DNA from: a virus
Lineage: Duplodnaviria > Caudoviricetes
Virus record (IMG/VR): IMGVR_UViG_3300017914_002796
Span: 1 to 25,871 of that record
Strand: one strand, 5' to 3'
DNA length: 25,871 nt
A program made the translations under genes and the position numbers. Positions 17,146 to 25,871 of this stretch are shown here, in pieces (within the stretch, counting starts at the first letter, position 1; each line of letters starts with the position of its first letter). The notes beneath the pieces are model-generated. The model searched no databases. It was given only the letters and a program-made list of their open reading frames with translations, and was not told the DNA's origin.

Positions 17146-20100
17146 ATGTCACAAAAAACGAATTTAAATATAGGTCCATACTACGACGATTTTGATAGAG
17201 ATAATAATTTCTATAAGGTGCTATTTAAACCGGGATATCCGGTTCAGTCTAGAGAACTGACCACTTTACAATCTATTATTCAAAACCAAGTAGAGGACTT
17301 TGGGAGTTTCATATTCAAAGAGGGATCTATGGTGATTCCCGGAAATGTTGGATATGATCCAAATTTCTTTGCGGTGAAATTAAATTCTACTCAATTTGGA
17401 GTGGATTTATCACTTTACATTGAAAATTTTGTAGGAAAAACTATAGTTGGTGAAGTAACGGGAATAACTGCAAAAGTAAGAAAAGTTGTACTTCCAGATG
17501 AATCTGATGATGTTGAATATATTACATTATATGTAAAATACTTAGATTCTGATCAAAATTTTGAGTTTACTGAGTTTCAAAATGGAGAAACTTTAACTGC
17601 TTTAGATAATGTAACTTATGGAAATACGACAATTAATTCTGGAACAGCATTTGCATCTCTTATCTCTTCAGAATCCACCTCCGTGGGATCTGCAGCTTTT
17701 ATTGGGCAAGGTGTTTATTTTGTTAGAGGTTATTTTGTAAATATAAGTGATGATAATATAATCTTAGACTATTATACAAATACTCCCTCATATAGAGTTG
17801 GACTAACTGTAAATGAATCAATAATATCTGCCAAAGAAGATTCATCTTTATTTGACAATGCAAAAGGATTTTCTAACTTTGCTTCTCCGGGATCTGACAG
17901 ATTAAAAATAACTTTAAATCTAAGCAAGAAAGATTTAACTGATAATAATGATACAAATTTCATAGAACTTCTTCGTGTAGAAGACGGAAAAATTAAAAAA
18001 ATTGAAACAAAATCAGAATTTTCTAGAATTAGAGATTATCTAGCAGAAAGAACTTACGATGAGTCTGGGCACTATACAGTAAATCCCTTCAATATTACTC
18101 TATCAAATTCTTTAAATAATCGTTTGGGAAACAATGGTGCATTTTTTGAGAATGAGCAAACATCTCAGGGCAATGTTCCTTCTGATGATTTAGCATCATT
18201 AAAAATCTCTCCGGGCAAGGCATATGTGAGAGGATATGATATTGAAAAAATATCTACAGAGATAGTAGATATAAAAAAACCAAGAGATACTAAAAATTTA
18301 CCAGATGTAGGGGTTTCTTTTGAAATTGGAAATTTATTTACTGTAAATAACGTTACTGGTTTAGCAAAAATTAGAACAACAATTGATTTACATTCTCAGT
18401 TTTTTGGATCTGGATCTAAAATTGGAGAAGCAAGAGTATATTCTTTTAATTTAAAAGATTCTGCATACTTAGATGATTCCACTAATTGGGATTTGAGATT
18501 ATATGATATTCAAACATATACAAAGTTAGTTCTCAATGCAGATTTGACTGAAAATGAATACTTAGAATCTTTCATTGTAAAAGGAGCAACATCGGGAGCT
18601 AGTGGATTCCTAGTATCAGATTCTTCAGCATCAGATACCATCTTCTTAAGACAAACATCAGGAACTTTTGTAAAGGGAGAGGGTTTAATTATAAATGGTA
18701 TCGAATCTTCTAGGTCTGTAGAATTTGTTCAAAGTTATGGAATTGAAGATATAAAGTCAGTAAGACAAATAACTCCTTTTAGTTTAGCATCTAGTGATTT
18801 TATTGCGGATATCGTTTTAGATAGAGTCCCTTTTAATGGTGGCATTTCTTTAATTTCAATTTCTGGAGAATTCGCTGGAATATCAACAGTAACTGCAAAT
18901 GGACGCAAATTTGTAGGAATAAAAACTGATAATATTATCAGATATCAAAGAAGTAATTTAAAACTAGAAACTTATAATAAAGTCGTATCTGTTAGTAATG
19001 ATGGACTTTCATTTGAAGTTGCTGGTATAACAACCGTTCCGGGAGTTTTTGATGGAGGAATTCCAGCATCTCCAGGACTTTTTGTTTCTAGTGCTGATGC
19101 TGTAGAGTCTCAATTCATCGGATTTCTTGGACAACCTACTATTAGAGGTTCTGGCAAGTTATATACGTTATTACCAGAAAAGAATACGTCTTCTTTGAAC
19201 TTATCATCTTCAAATTTATATTTGAATGATCAGATAGTTGGGAAAAATGTCAATAATGATAATCAATTGCAGTTATCAACATCTGGAGATTTATCAAATA
19301 TTGATGGAATAACATGGACCGCATTTGATGAGGAAAGATATGCTGTAGGATATGCAAATGGAAGTATACCTAGAATTACAAGTGATTCCATCTCCATATC
19401 CGGAAGTAATTTGACTATAAAAGGATTAGATAATAGTCTATCATTTAATGATACGGTTGTTAATGTAACTGTACTCAAAAATAATATTCAAAGTAAAGTT
19501 AAAAATTATGATAGAAGCACAGTTATATTTGTAACTAGATCAAAATTCAAAGAATCTGGATCTAATGCAAATACTTCGAAAAATGATGGATTAACTTTCA
19601 ATAATTATTATGGATTAAGGGTTCAGGATGAAGAAATTTCATTAAATTATCCAGATGTTGCAAAAGTTATCTGTGTATATGAATCTTTAGGAAAATCTAA
19701 TCCAGTTTTAGATAGACTCCAATTTCCATCTTCTTCTGATGTCAGCAACAATGCTATTATTGGAGAAAATATCATAGGAACACAAAGTGGTGCAGTAGCT
19801 AGAGTAGTTGCTAACGTAACTACTACCCCATCAGCTTCTGCAGATACTCTGGGAATTGTTTATTTAAATAATCAAAGATTTGACATTGCCGAACCAGTAA
19901 AATTTGAAGAATCCAATATTAATTCTACTATAGAAGCAATTATAAAGGGAAGTTATAAGGATATTTCAACTTCATTTAAACTTGATAGGGGACAAAAAGA
20001 ACAGTATTACGATTATTCTAAGATTATTAGGGGTGGAGATTCTTCAGAACCATCTAGAAGAATAATGATTGTATTTGATCATTATTCTGTACCTTCTAAC

Positions 20101-23100
20101 GAAACCGGAGATGTATTTACAGTTGCTTCTTATCAAGAAGAAAGATATTCGAATGATATTCCATTAATTTCTGGAATGGTTAGGGCAACAGATACTTTAG
20201 ATTTTAGACCTAGAGTTTCAATATTTGATCCTGATGTAACCACCAATAGATCTCCCTTTGATTTTGCATCTAGAACAGGGGCATTTAATTCAAATCCTTC
20301 AAGATTATTATCGGCAGGAGAAAGTTCTGTTTTATCACAGAATTTTTACTTACCAAGAATTGATAAACTTTATTTAACTACAACTGGGGAGTTTTTAGTT
20401 GATAACGGAATTCCCTCAAAAAATCCAGAGGAACCAAAAACTAGAGAGAACATGTTGGAATTGGCAACAATTAATTTGCCAGCATATCTTTATGATCCTC
20501 AAGATGCAGAAATAGTATCTATAGATAATAAAAGGTATACTATGAGAGATATCAGTCTCATAGAAGATCGTGTAGAGGTTCTTGAAGAAGTAACAAGTTT
20601 GTCTTTATTAGAGTCTAACGTTCAATCTTTGCAGATTAAAGATTCTGAAGGAAGAGATAGATTTAAAACTGGATTTTTTGTAGATGATTTTTCAGACTAT
20701 TCGAAAATTGATAGTTTTCTATCTACAGTATTAATTGATGAAGAATATAAAAATCTTCTATCAAATATTTCAAGAGATTCTTTAGATTCCATAGTTGTTT
20801 CCAGAGATAATACAACTATAAATGACTTAGACTTGAATGAAAATTTTATATTAAAAGATTCTTCCATTCAAAAAACAGGAAAATCTCTAACATTACCATA
20901 TACTGAGAACGATTGGATCGAGCAACCATTTGCAACAAAATTTGAAAAAATAAATTCTTTTGGAATTTCATCTTATGATGGAAAAATTGTATTAAATCCA
21001 CCAAGTGATGAATGGTTTAGGACTATTGAAGAAAATATTAATCACAAAAAATCTCAAAGAAATGTAGAGATTCAAAAAGAATCAGACTTAGTGAGCACTG
21101 GTAATGATAATACTAGTGTGGGTAAAGTAACTGAATCTTATTTGAGATCTAGAAATGTAGAATTTACAGCATTTAATTTAAAACCAAACACCAGATTTTA
21201 TCATTTCTTAGATGGAAATTCTGATGTTGATGTAATTCCAAAATTAATTGAGATTGCAACTGATTCTTCTCTCTCTAATAATGGTTCTTCCGGATCATTT
21301 CAAGTTGGAGAAACTGTAATTGGATATGTTGATGGAGTTGCTAGAATAAAATTTAGAGTTTGTGCTCAAAATCATAAATCCGGACGTTTTAATGATCCGA
21401 CAGAAAAATATACAATTAATCCATATGATAAGACTCTATCATTAACATCTACTTATGGAACTACCTCTAAAGTTCTCAATGTTGATACTTCTTCTCTTGC
21501 AGACTTACGTCAAGGTTTATATTATGGATATATTGTAAAAGGAATGAAGTTAGTCGGACAATCTAGTAGTGCTACTTCTTATGTCAAAGACATAAGACTT
21601 ATTTCCGATAATTATGGAGATTTAATAGGAAATTTCTTTATAAGAAATCCATACTCCACACCAAAACCAGCAACCAGAATTCTTACTGGAACTAAAACTT
21701 TTAGATTAACAACTAGTAGGTCGAATACATCAAATTCTATACTTGGATCCAACACAGAATCTAGTAATTCTTTGGGTTTACCTACTATATCAAGTATTCC
21801 AAAATCCAAAGCAGAAACAAATTATATTTCTAAAGAAACTGATATTAAATTTGAAAGACCATTATCTAAAATAAGAACAAAATCAAAAAGCATAAGAAAT
21901 GCCATTCAGGATGAAATTATTTCCAATGTAACGGTAATTACGAACTCAGATCCATTAGCACAAACATTTACTGTTGGAAACAATTTAGGATCTCAATCGG
22001 AAATAGAAACAAATGTAGACGTTAATGGAGCAACTTTAACATCATTGGATTTATACTTTGCATCAATTGATAGCGGAAATGAGGAAATTTCTGTAGAAAT
22101 TAGATCTACAGAATATGGAATTCCCACAAGAAAAATTATTGGAAAACCTGCTATTTTGAAGCCAAGAACATTAAATGAAGACGGAACTGAAACTGTCAAT
22201 ATTAATGTCTCTTCGGTTGGAAATGTTGCAACTAATATTAAATTTCCAGAACCCATATTCTTGGAACCAGGAAGAGAATATGCTATTGTTATAAGTTCCG
22301 ATAAGTCTGAAGAATATAGTCTTTGGACTGCAGTTATGGGACAAAAGACAATTGAAACTAAGAATTTGCCTGATGTAGATACTGTCAGATATGCAAAAAA
22401 AGTTGGAATTGGATTTTTGTATAAGAATCAAAATGGATCTAATTGGACACCAAATAAATATCAAGATCTAAAATTCAAATTATATAAGGCAAAGTTTACA
22501 CAAACTTCAGGAACTGCCTATTTTTATAATCCCCAATTAAGTGAGGGAAATACATTTGTCCCCACACTAAAAAATAACCCTATCACAGTTTTACCAAAAA
22601 CTGGAAGACTTTCAATTTCTACAACCACTAGCTCCCCTTTAATTGATGCACTTTCTCCAGGGAGAAAATTGGTGGGAACTAATTCCAATGGTGGAAGTGC
22701 AATAGTTGTTGGGTCTGGAAGCTCTGTTACTGGTGTGAGACTTACTACATCTGGAGAAAATTATCCAAAATCAGTAACAGAAACAGTTGATACATACAAT
22801 ATTATAGGTAAAGGAAGAAACTTAAAGATAAACATTAGTACAAATTCTGTAGGAGTTATTACTGGCATTGGATACTCTTCTACAAATGCAGGTAATGGAT
22901 ATCAAGTCGGTGACGTTGTGGGTATTGTCACATCTTCAACCTCATCTGAAACTGGAAATGGATCTAGAATAACCATTAGTGCTATTAATGGACTGGATAC
23001 TGTATATCTTACCAACGTTCAAGGAGAATTTGGTGTTCAAGGAAGTGGACATGAGTTTGCTGTTGGTGCAGGAATAAGTTACTATAGTGATTCTGGATCA

Positions 23101-24504
23101 ATTGTATCAACATCAGCAAACATAATAGACTCAGTTTCTGATGGTGGATTAAATTCTGGAAACTATATTAAAGTCAATCATTTCAATCATGGAATGTATT
23201 CTAATACCAACAAAGTATTAATAAAAAATATACAATCCAGTGAAATAAGCACCATTTTAAATAGTACACTATCATTTAATAATACTGGAACTGTCAGTAT
23301 TGCAAATACTTCTTCCTTTGTTAATTTTGAGGGCATTCCTGTTAGTGGAACTAATCTTGGATATATTAAAGTTGAAGACGAAATTATTGCATATAGTGCT
23401 GTAGGAAATGGATCTCTTACAATAAGTTCTAATGGAAGAGGTATAGATTCTACAAAAATTACAACTCATCCAAATGGAACAATTGTAGAAAAATATGAAA
23501 TATCTAACGTTTCTTTAAGAAGAATTAATAATATTACTCACACCATTTCAACACCAATCGAAATGGACAGTTACTATATTGAATTTCCTAGAGGAAACAC
23601 ATATGGAAATGATAGAAGTCTTGATGGATCTACAAATAAATATCCACAATTATCATTTGATGATAATAGAGTATTAGGAGGTTCTAATGTAACTGCATCT
23701 CAAAATATATCTTTTGGTGCAGTTGTACCGAATTATGACATTACTATTCCAAGCTCTTCCACTTCTGTAAGTGCTCAAATAAGAACTGTCACAGGAACTA
23801 GTGTTGGTGGAAATGAAGCATCATTTAATGATAAAGGATTTGAGGATGTTTTACTGAATTCATTCAATCCATTGAATAGTGTGAGATTAGTTTGCTCTGA
23901 AGAAAATCAAAATGAATATTTGACCAATTTGCCAAATAAAAAATCATTCACTACTACAATAAAATTTGAAACTAGTGATTCCAATCTTTCACCCATATTA
24001 AATTTGGATCATGCATTTACAGAGTTCTACTCTTACCGATTGAATAATCCGATTTCAGACTATGCTAAAGATAGTAGAGTTAATTCTGTAGCAAAAGATC
24101 CACATTCTTCCGTATATTATTCCAATCCCATCAAATTAAGAAACCCTGCATCAACATTAAAGGTAATATTATCAGCAGAAAAGCCTGTAGGAACTGATTT
24201 TAGAGTATTATATAAACTGATAAAATCCGATTCAAGTGAAGTTGAACAATCATTTAATCTTTTCCCCGGTTATACAAATTTAACTCAAAGTAAAGATGGT
24301 TTAATTGTTGTTGATGAAGGAAATAATAGTGGATTATCAGATAGAAAAATTGACTCTAGTGTAGAGGGTGAATTTTTAGAATATGAATTTACTGCAGAAA
24401 ATCTTGATCTGTTCACTGGGTTTGTTATAAAAATTGTATCTTCCAGTACAAATCAGGCAAAAACTGTGAGAATAAATGATCTTAGGTGTATTGCAATAAG
24501 ATGA
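17146..24504 (+). CDS. vrlC: VrlC-like / DUF4815 large virion structural protein, 2452 aa
   Basis: N-terminal NLNIGPYYDDFD...VLFKPGYPVQSRELTTLQS; LAERTYDESGHY, PGKAYVRGY, NKRYTMRDI, RFKTGFFVDDF and DPLAQTF motifs; usual position after gp8 in cyanomyophages. Confidence 0.82.
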   Translation: MSQKTNLNIGPYYDDFDRDNNFYKVLFKPGYPVQSRELTTLQSIIQNQVEDFGSFIFKEGSMVIPGNVGYDPNFFAVKLNSTQFGVDLSLYIENFVGKTIVGEVTGITAKVRKVVLPDESDDVEYITLYVKYLDSDQNFEFTEFQNGETLTALDNVTYGNTTINSGTAFASLISSESTSVGSAAFIGQGVYFVRGYFVNISDDNIILDYYTNTPSYRVGLTVNESIISAKEDSSLFDNAKGFSNFASPGSDRLKITLNLSKKDLTDNNDTNFIELLRVEDGKIKKIETKSEFSRIRDYLAERTYDESGHYTVNPFNITLSNSLNNRLGNNGAFFENEQTSQGNVPSDDLASLKISPGKAYVRGYDIEKISTEIVDIKKPRDTKNLPDVGVSFEIGNLFTVNNVTGLAKIRTTIDLHSQFFGSGSKIGEARVYSFNLKDSAYLDDSTNWDLRLYDIQTYTKLVLNADLTENEYLESFIVKGATSGASGFLVSDSSASDTIFLRQTSGTFVKGEGLIINGIESSRSVEFVQSYGIEDIKSVRQITPFSLASSDFIADIVLDRVPFNGGISLISISGEFAGISTVTANGRKFVGIKTDNIIRYQRSNLKLETYNKVVSVSNDGLSFEVAGITTVPGVFDGGIPASPGLFVSSADAVESQFIGFLGQPTIRGSGKLYTLLPEKNTSSLNLSSSNLYLNDQIVGKNVNNDNQLQLSTSGDLSNIDGITWTAFDEERYAVGYANGSIPRITSDSISISGSNLTIKGLDNSLSFNDTVVNVTVLKNNIQSKVKNYDRSTVIFVTRSKFKESGSNANTSKNDGLTFNNYYGLRVQDEEISLNYPDVAKVICVYESLGKSNPVLDRLQFPSSSDVSNNAIIGENIIGTQSGAVARVVANVTTTPSASADTLGIVYLNNQRFDIAEPVKFEESNINSTIEAIIKGSYKDISTSFKLDRGQKEQYYDYSKIIRGGDSSEPSRRIMIVFDHYSVPSNETGDVFTVASYQEERYSNDIPLISGMVRATDTLDFRPRVSIFDPDVTTNRSPFDFASRTGAFNSNPSRLLSAGESSVLSQNFYLPRIDKLYLTTTGEFLVDNGIPSKNPEEPKTRENMLELATINLPAYLYDPQDAEIVSIDNKRYTMRDISLIEDRVEVLEEVTSLSLLESNVQSLQIKDSEGRDRFKTGFFVDDFSDYSKIDSFLSTVLIDEEYKNLLSNISRDSLDSIVVSRDNTTINDLDLNENFILKDSSIQKTGKSLTLPYTENDWIEQPFATKFEKINSFGISSYDGKIVLNPPSDEWFRTIEENINHKKSQRNVEIQKESDLVSTGNDNTSVGKVTESYLRSRNVEFTAFNLKPNTRFYHFLDGNSDVDVIPKLIEIATDSSLSNNGSSGSFQVGETVIGYVDGVARIKFRVCAQNHKSGRFNDPTEKYTINPYDKTLSLTSTYGTTSKVLNVDTSSLADLRQGLYYGYIVKGMKLVGQSSSATSYVKDIRLISDNYGDLIGNFFIRNPYSTPKPATRILTGTKTFRLTTSRSNTSNSILGSNTESSNSLGLPTISSIPKSKAETNYISKETDIKFERPLSKIRTKSKSIRNAIQDEIISNVTVITNSDPLAQTFTVGNNLGSQSEIETNVDVNGATLTSLDLYFASIDSGNEEISVEIRSTEYGIPTRKIIGKPAILKPRTLNEDGTETVNINVSSVGNVATNIKFPEPIFLEPGREYAIVISSDKSEEYSLWTAVMGQKTIETKNLPDVDTVRYAKKVGIGFLYKNQNGSNWTPNKYQDLKFKLYKAKFTQTSGTAYFYNPQLSEGNTFVPTLKNNPITVLPKTGRLSISTTTSSPLIDALSPGRKLVGTNSNGGSAIVVGSGSSVTGVRLTTSGENYPKSVTETVDTYNIIGKGRNLKINISTNSVGVITGIGYSSTNAGNGYQVGDVVGIVTSSTSSETGNGSRITISAINGLDTVYLTNVQGEFGVQGSGHEFAVGAGISYYSDSGSIVSTSANIIDSVSDGGLNSGNYIKVNHFNHGMYSNTNKVLIKNIQSSEISTILNSTLSFNNTGTVSIANTSSFVNFEGIPVSGTNLGYIKVEDEIIAYSAVGNGSLTISSNGRGIDSTKITTHPNGTIVEKYEISNVSLRRINNITHTISTPIEMDSYYIEFPRGNTYGNDRSLDGSTNKYPQLSFDDNRVLGGSNVTASQNISFGAVVPNYDITIPSSSTSVSAQIRTVTGTSVGGNEASFNDKGFEDVLLNSFNPLNSVRLVCSEENQNEYLTNLPNKKSFTTTIKFETSDSNLSPILNLDHAFTEFYSYRLNNPISDYAKDSRVNSVAKDPHSSVYYSNPIKLRNPASTLKVILSAEKPVGTDFRVLYKLIKSDSSEVEQSFNLFPGYTNLTQSKDGLIVVDEGNNSGLSDRKIDSSVEGEFLEYEFTAENLDLFTGFVIKIVSSSTNQAKTVRINDLRCIAIR

Positions 24505-24701
24505 TAAGAGTTGAAGGATATTCAAATTTATATCGAGATGAAAAAACTGGTGCTATCGTAAATTGCGATAGTGCAACTTATAATCAGTATGTCAATTCTT
24601 TAAATATTCGAGAAGTGAAAAAAGAAGAACTTTCCAATATAAAAAAAGATATTGAGGAAATAAAACTTTTATTGAAGGAGGTTTTAAATTCGAAGGGTTA
24701 G
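24501..24701 (+). CDS. 66-aa hypothetical protein with C-terminal coiled coil
   Basis: ATG at 24501 overlaps the upstream TGA (ATGA); MIRVEGYSNLYRDEKTGAIVN...ELSNIKKDIEEIKLLLKEVL shows a heptad pattern. Start corrected from the track's 24486. Confidence 0.85.
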   Translation: MIRVEGYSNLYRDEKTGAIVNCDSATYNQYVNSLNIREVKKEELSNIKKDIEEIKLLLKEVLNSKG

Positions 24702-24707
24702 TATCAA

Positions 24708-24715
24708 TATAAATA
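24708..24715 (+). promoter_or_regulatory. T4-type late promoter TATAAATA
   Basis: Perfect consensus, intergenic, 28 nt before the ATG at 24744. Confidence 0.85.
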
Positions 24716-24743
24716 TTTAAAGAAAAATATGCTCATCTGAATA

Positions 24744-25082
24744 ATGGCAGTATTTGTATCAAATATAGTAATTGAGCAGGGATTTGATTTTGATACTACT
24801 TTTTTGCTTGCAGACACAGTGACAAATAACCCATTAAATTTAACTGGTTATAGTATAGAATCTCAACTCAGAAAGACTTACACCAGTACAAATTCATCTA
24901 CCTTCATTTCTTCTATAACAAACCCATCTAATGGACAAATTGAAATATCATTAGGAACAACAGCAACAAGTTCACTTAAAGAAGGTAGATATGTGTATGA
25001 TGTGAAGTTAACTTCAGATGTTGGAGTTGTCTATAAAGCAGTAGAGGGATTAGCACTTGTCAGACCGGGAGTTACTAGGTAA
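24744..25082 (+). CDS. 112-aa putative virion protein (BppU-N/LtfC-like tail-fibre attachment domain)
   Basis: IEQGFDF, LNLTGY...QLRK, GQIEISL, GRYVYDV and VEG.A.V.PGVTR give a small beta-sandwich pattern; late promoter upstream and fibre gene downstream. The fold is inferred. Confidence 0.7.
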   Translation: MAVFVSNIVIEQGFDFDTTFLLADTVTNNPLNLTGYSIESQLRKTYTSTNSSTFISSITNPSNGQIEISLGTTATSSLKEGRYVYDVKLTSDVGVVYKAVEGLALVRPGVTR

Positions 25083-25871
25083 TGGCTAATATAAATGATA
25101 GAATAGGATCTCAAAGTGTAGTTCGAGTTTTATCGAATGCATCTAGTCCCCCGTCAAATTTAATTAAATTAAATGATATAGACAATACTCTTAAAACTGA
25201 GGATGGAATGATCCTCGTTTGGGATTTATCATCTGAAAAATTTATAATGACGAGTGTCATTGACTCGTCATCAACAACAATTGAAGGTATTGCATATTTT
25301 ACAAATGATGCCGATTCAACAAACACAACAAATGGTGCAATAATTGTTAGTGGTGGAGTTGGAATTGCTAAAAATTTAAATGTTGGTCTTGGATTATCCA
25401 TAACCGGTATTGCTGTATTTGAATCTGACGTAGATATTAATGCTGCGGTTAATATTTTAAACGATCTGGTTGTTCAAGATTCAATAAGAATTGATGATAA
25501 TTTAAGAGTTACTGGATTATCGACATTTAATTCTAATGTTGATATTAATGCTGCTTTAGATGTTTCATCGACATCCACTTTTAATGCTACTGTTAATATT
25601 TTAAATGATCTAGATGTTCAAGATTCAGTAAGGATTGATGATAATTTAAGAGTTACTGGATTATCGACATTTAATTCTAATGTTGATATTAATGCTGCTG
25701 TTAATATTTTAAATGATCTGGATGTTCAAGATTCAGTAAGTATTGATAATGATTTAGTAGTAAGCAGAGATTTATTTGTATCTGGAATTACTACTTTAGC
25801 ATCATCAGGAGGAATTACAACAACTGGAGGAGATGTTTATGTTGGTGGTGACCTTTATGTTTCTGATGATC
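25082..25871 (+). CDS. Tail fibre-like protein, N-terminal ~263 aa (runs off the window end)
   Basis: TAATG overlap with the previous stop and no stop to the window end; MANINDRIGSQSVVRVLSNAS...LNDID...DGMILVWD...KF, STNTTNGAIIVSGGVGIAKNLNVG, then hexapeptide beta repeats. Absent from the ORF track. Confidence 0.88.
   Translation, partial: MANINDRIGSQSVVRVLSNASSPPSNLIKLNDIDNTLKTEDGMILVWDLSSEKFIMTSVIDSSSTTIEGIAYFTNDADSTNTTNGAIIVSGGVGIAKNLNVGLGLSITGIAVFESDVDINAAVNILNDLVVQDSIRIDDNLRVTGLSTFNSNVDINAALDVSSTSTFNATVNILNDLDVQDSVRIDDNLRVTGLSTFNSNVDINAAVNILNDLDVQDSVSIDNDLVVSRDLFVSGITTLASSGGITTTGGDVYVGGDLYVSDD
25448..25740 (+). repeat. In-frame 108-nt direct repeats (two full copies plus a partial third) in the tail-fibre gene
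   Basis: Copies at 25448-25555, 25592-25699 and a partial copy from 25700; the 66-nt core 25490-25555 is identical to 25634-25699. Confidence 0.92.

Noticed and set aside
17228-17244. Inverted repeat AACCGG-GATAT-CCGGTT near the start of vrlC
   Set aside because: Only a 6-bp stem, no U-tract, encodes the conserved KPGYPV, and is explained by two neighbouring CCGG sites.
22454-23642. ATAAATA at 22454 and 23636 as late promoters
   Set aside because: Deep inside vrlC, more than 850 nt from any start codon, and both encode N-K-Y; probably chance.
24486-24500. Extended start of the small ORF at 24486
   Set aside because: Non-ATG start inside vrlC; the ATGA overlap at 24501 is a better start.
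3589-24504. Intein, intron or frameshift in the giant ORFs
   Set aside because: The frames are uninterrupted, and I saw no Hint N-terminal block, HN-C/S/T junction or LAGLIDADG/HNH motif.
1677-24504. Apparent abundance of GATC and TCTAGA
   Set aside because: Not counted rigorously and plausibly explained by preferred codon pairs (GGA-TCN, GAT-CNN, TCT-AGA); needs the same shuffled null as CCGG.
6846-25401. Short antisense and alternate-frame ORFs inside gp7, gp8, vrlC and the fibre gene (e.g. 6846-7109, 10154-10339, 11819-12010, 13434-13667, 22171-22464, 25111-25401)
   Set aside because: 60-97 aa shadow frames of long genes; no expression signals or family motifs.
25448-25740. Direct repeats as a CRISPR array or DGR template/variable repeat
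   Set aside because: They are in-frame coding repeats with no unique spacers, the mismatches are not adenine-specific, and no reverse transcriptase or cas gene is in the window.

Overview
AT-rich (~30% GC by eye), gene-dense window with all credible genes on the + strand. It is the baseplate/tail module of a large T4-like myovirus, most likely a cyanomyophage (Kyanoviridae-type), judged from gene order and protein motifs. Order: four small or hypothetical genes (including two very basic peptides that the ORF track missed or mis-started), a 58-aa ORF behind a two-hairpin leader, gp25, gp6, a giant 3977-aa gp7-like wedge protein, gp8, a 2452-aa VrlC/DUF4815-like structural protein, two small ORFs, and the truncated start of a tail-fibre gene with recent internal duplications. 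T4 late promoters (TATAAATA) lie in three intergenic gaps. No tRNA, CRISPR, mobile element, intein or RT was seen. The best leads are a riboswitch-like leader hiding an RBS (1015-1067), strong CCGG over-representation, late-promoter motifs embedded in gene ends about 100 nt upstream of both giant genes, and a nested domain architecture in the giant gp7. Family assignments come from recalled motifs and all counts are manual; no database search was run.
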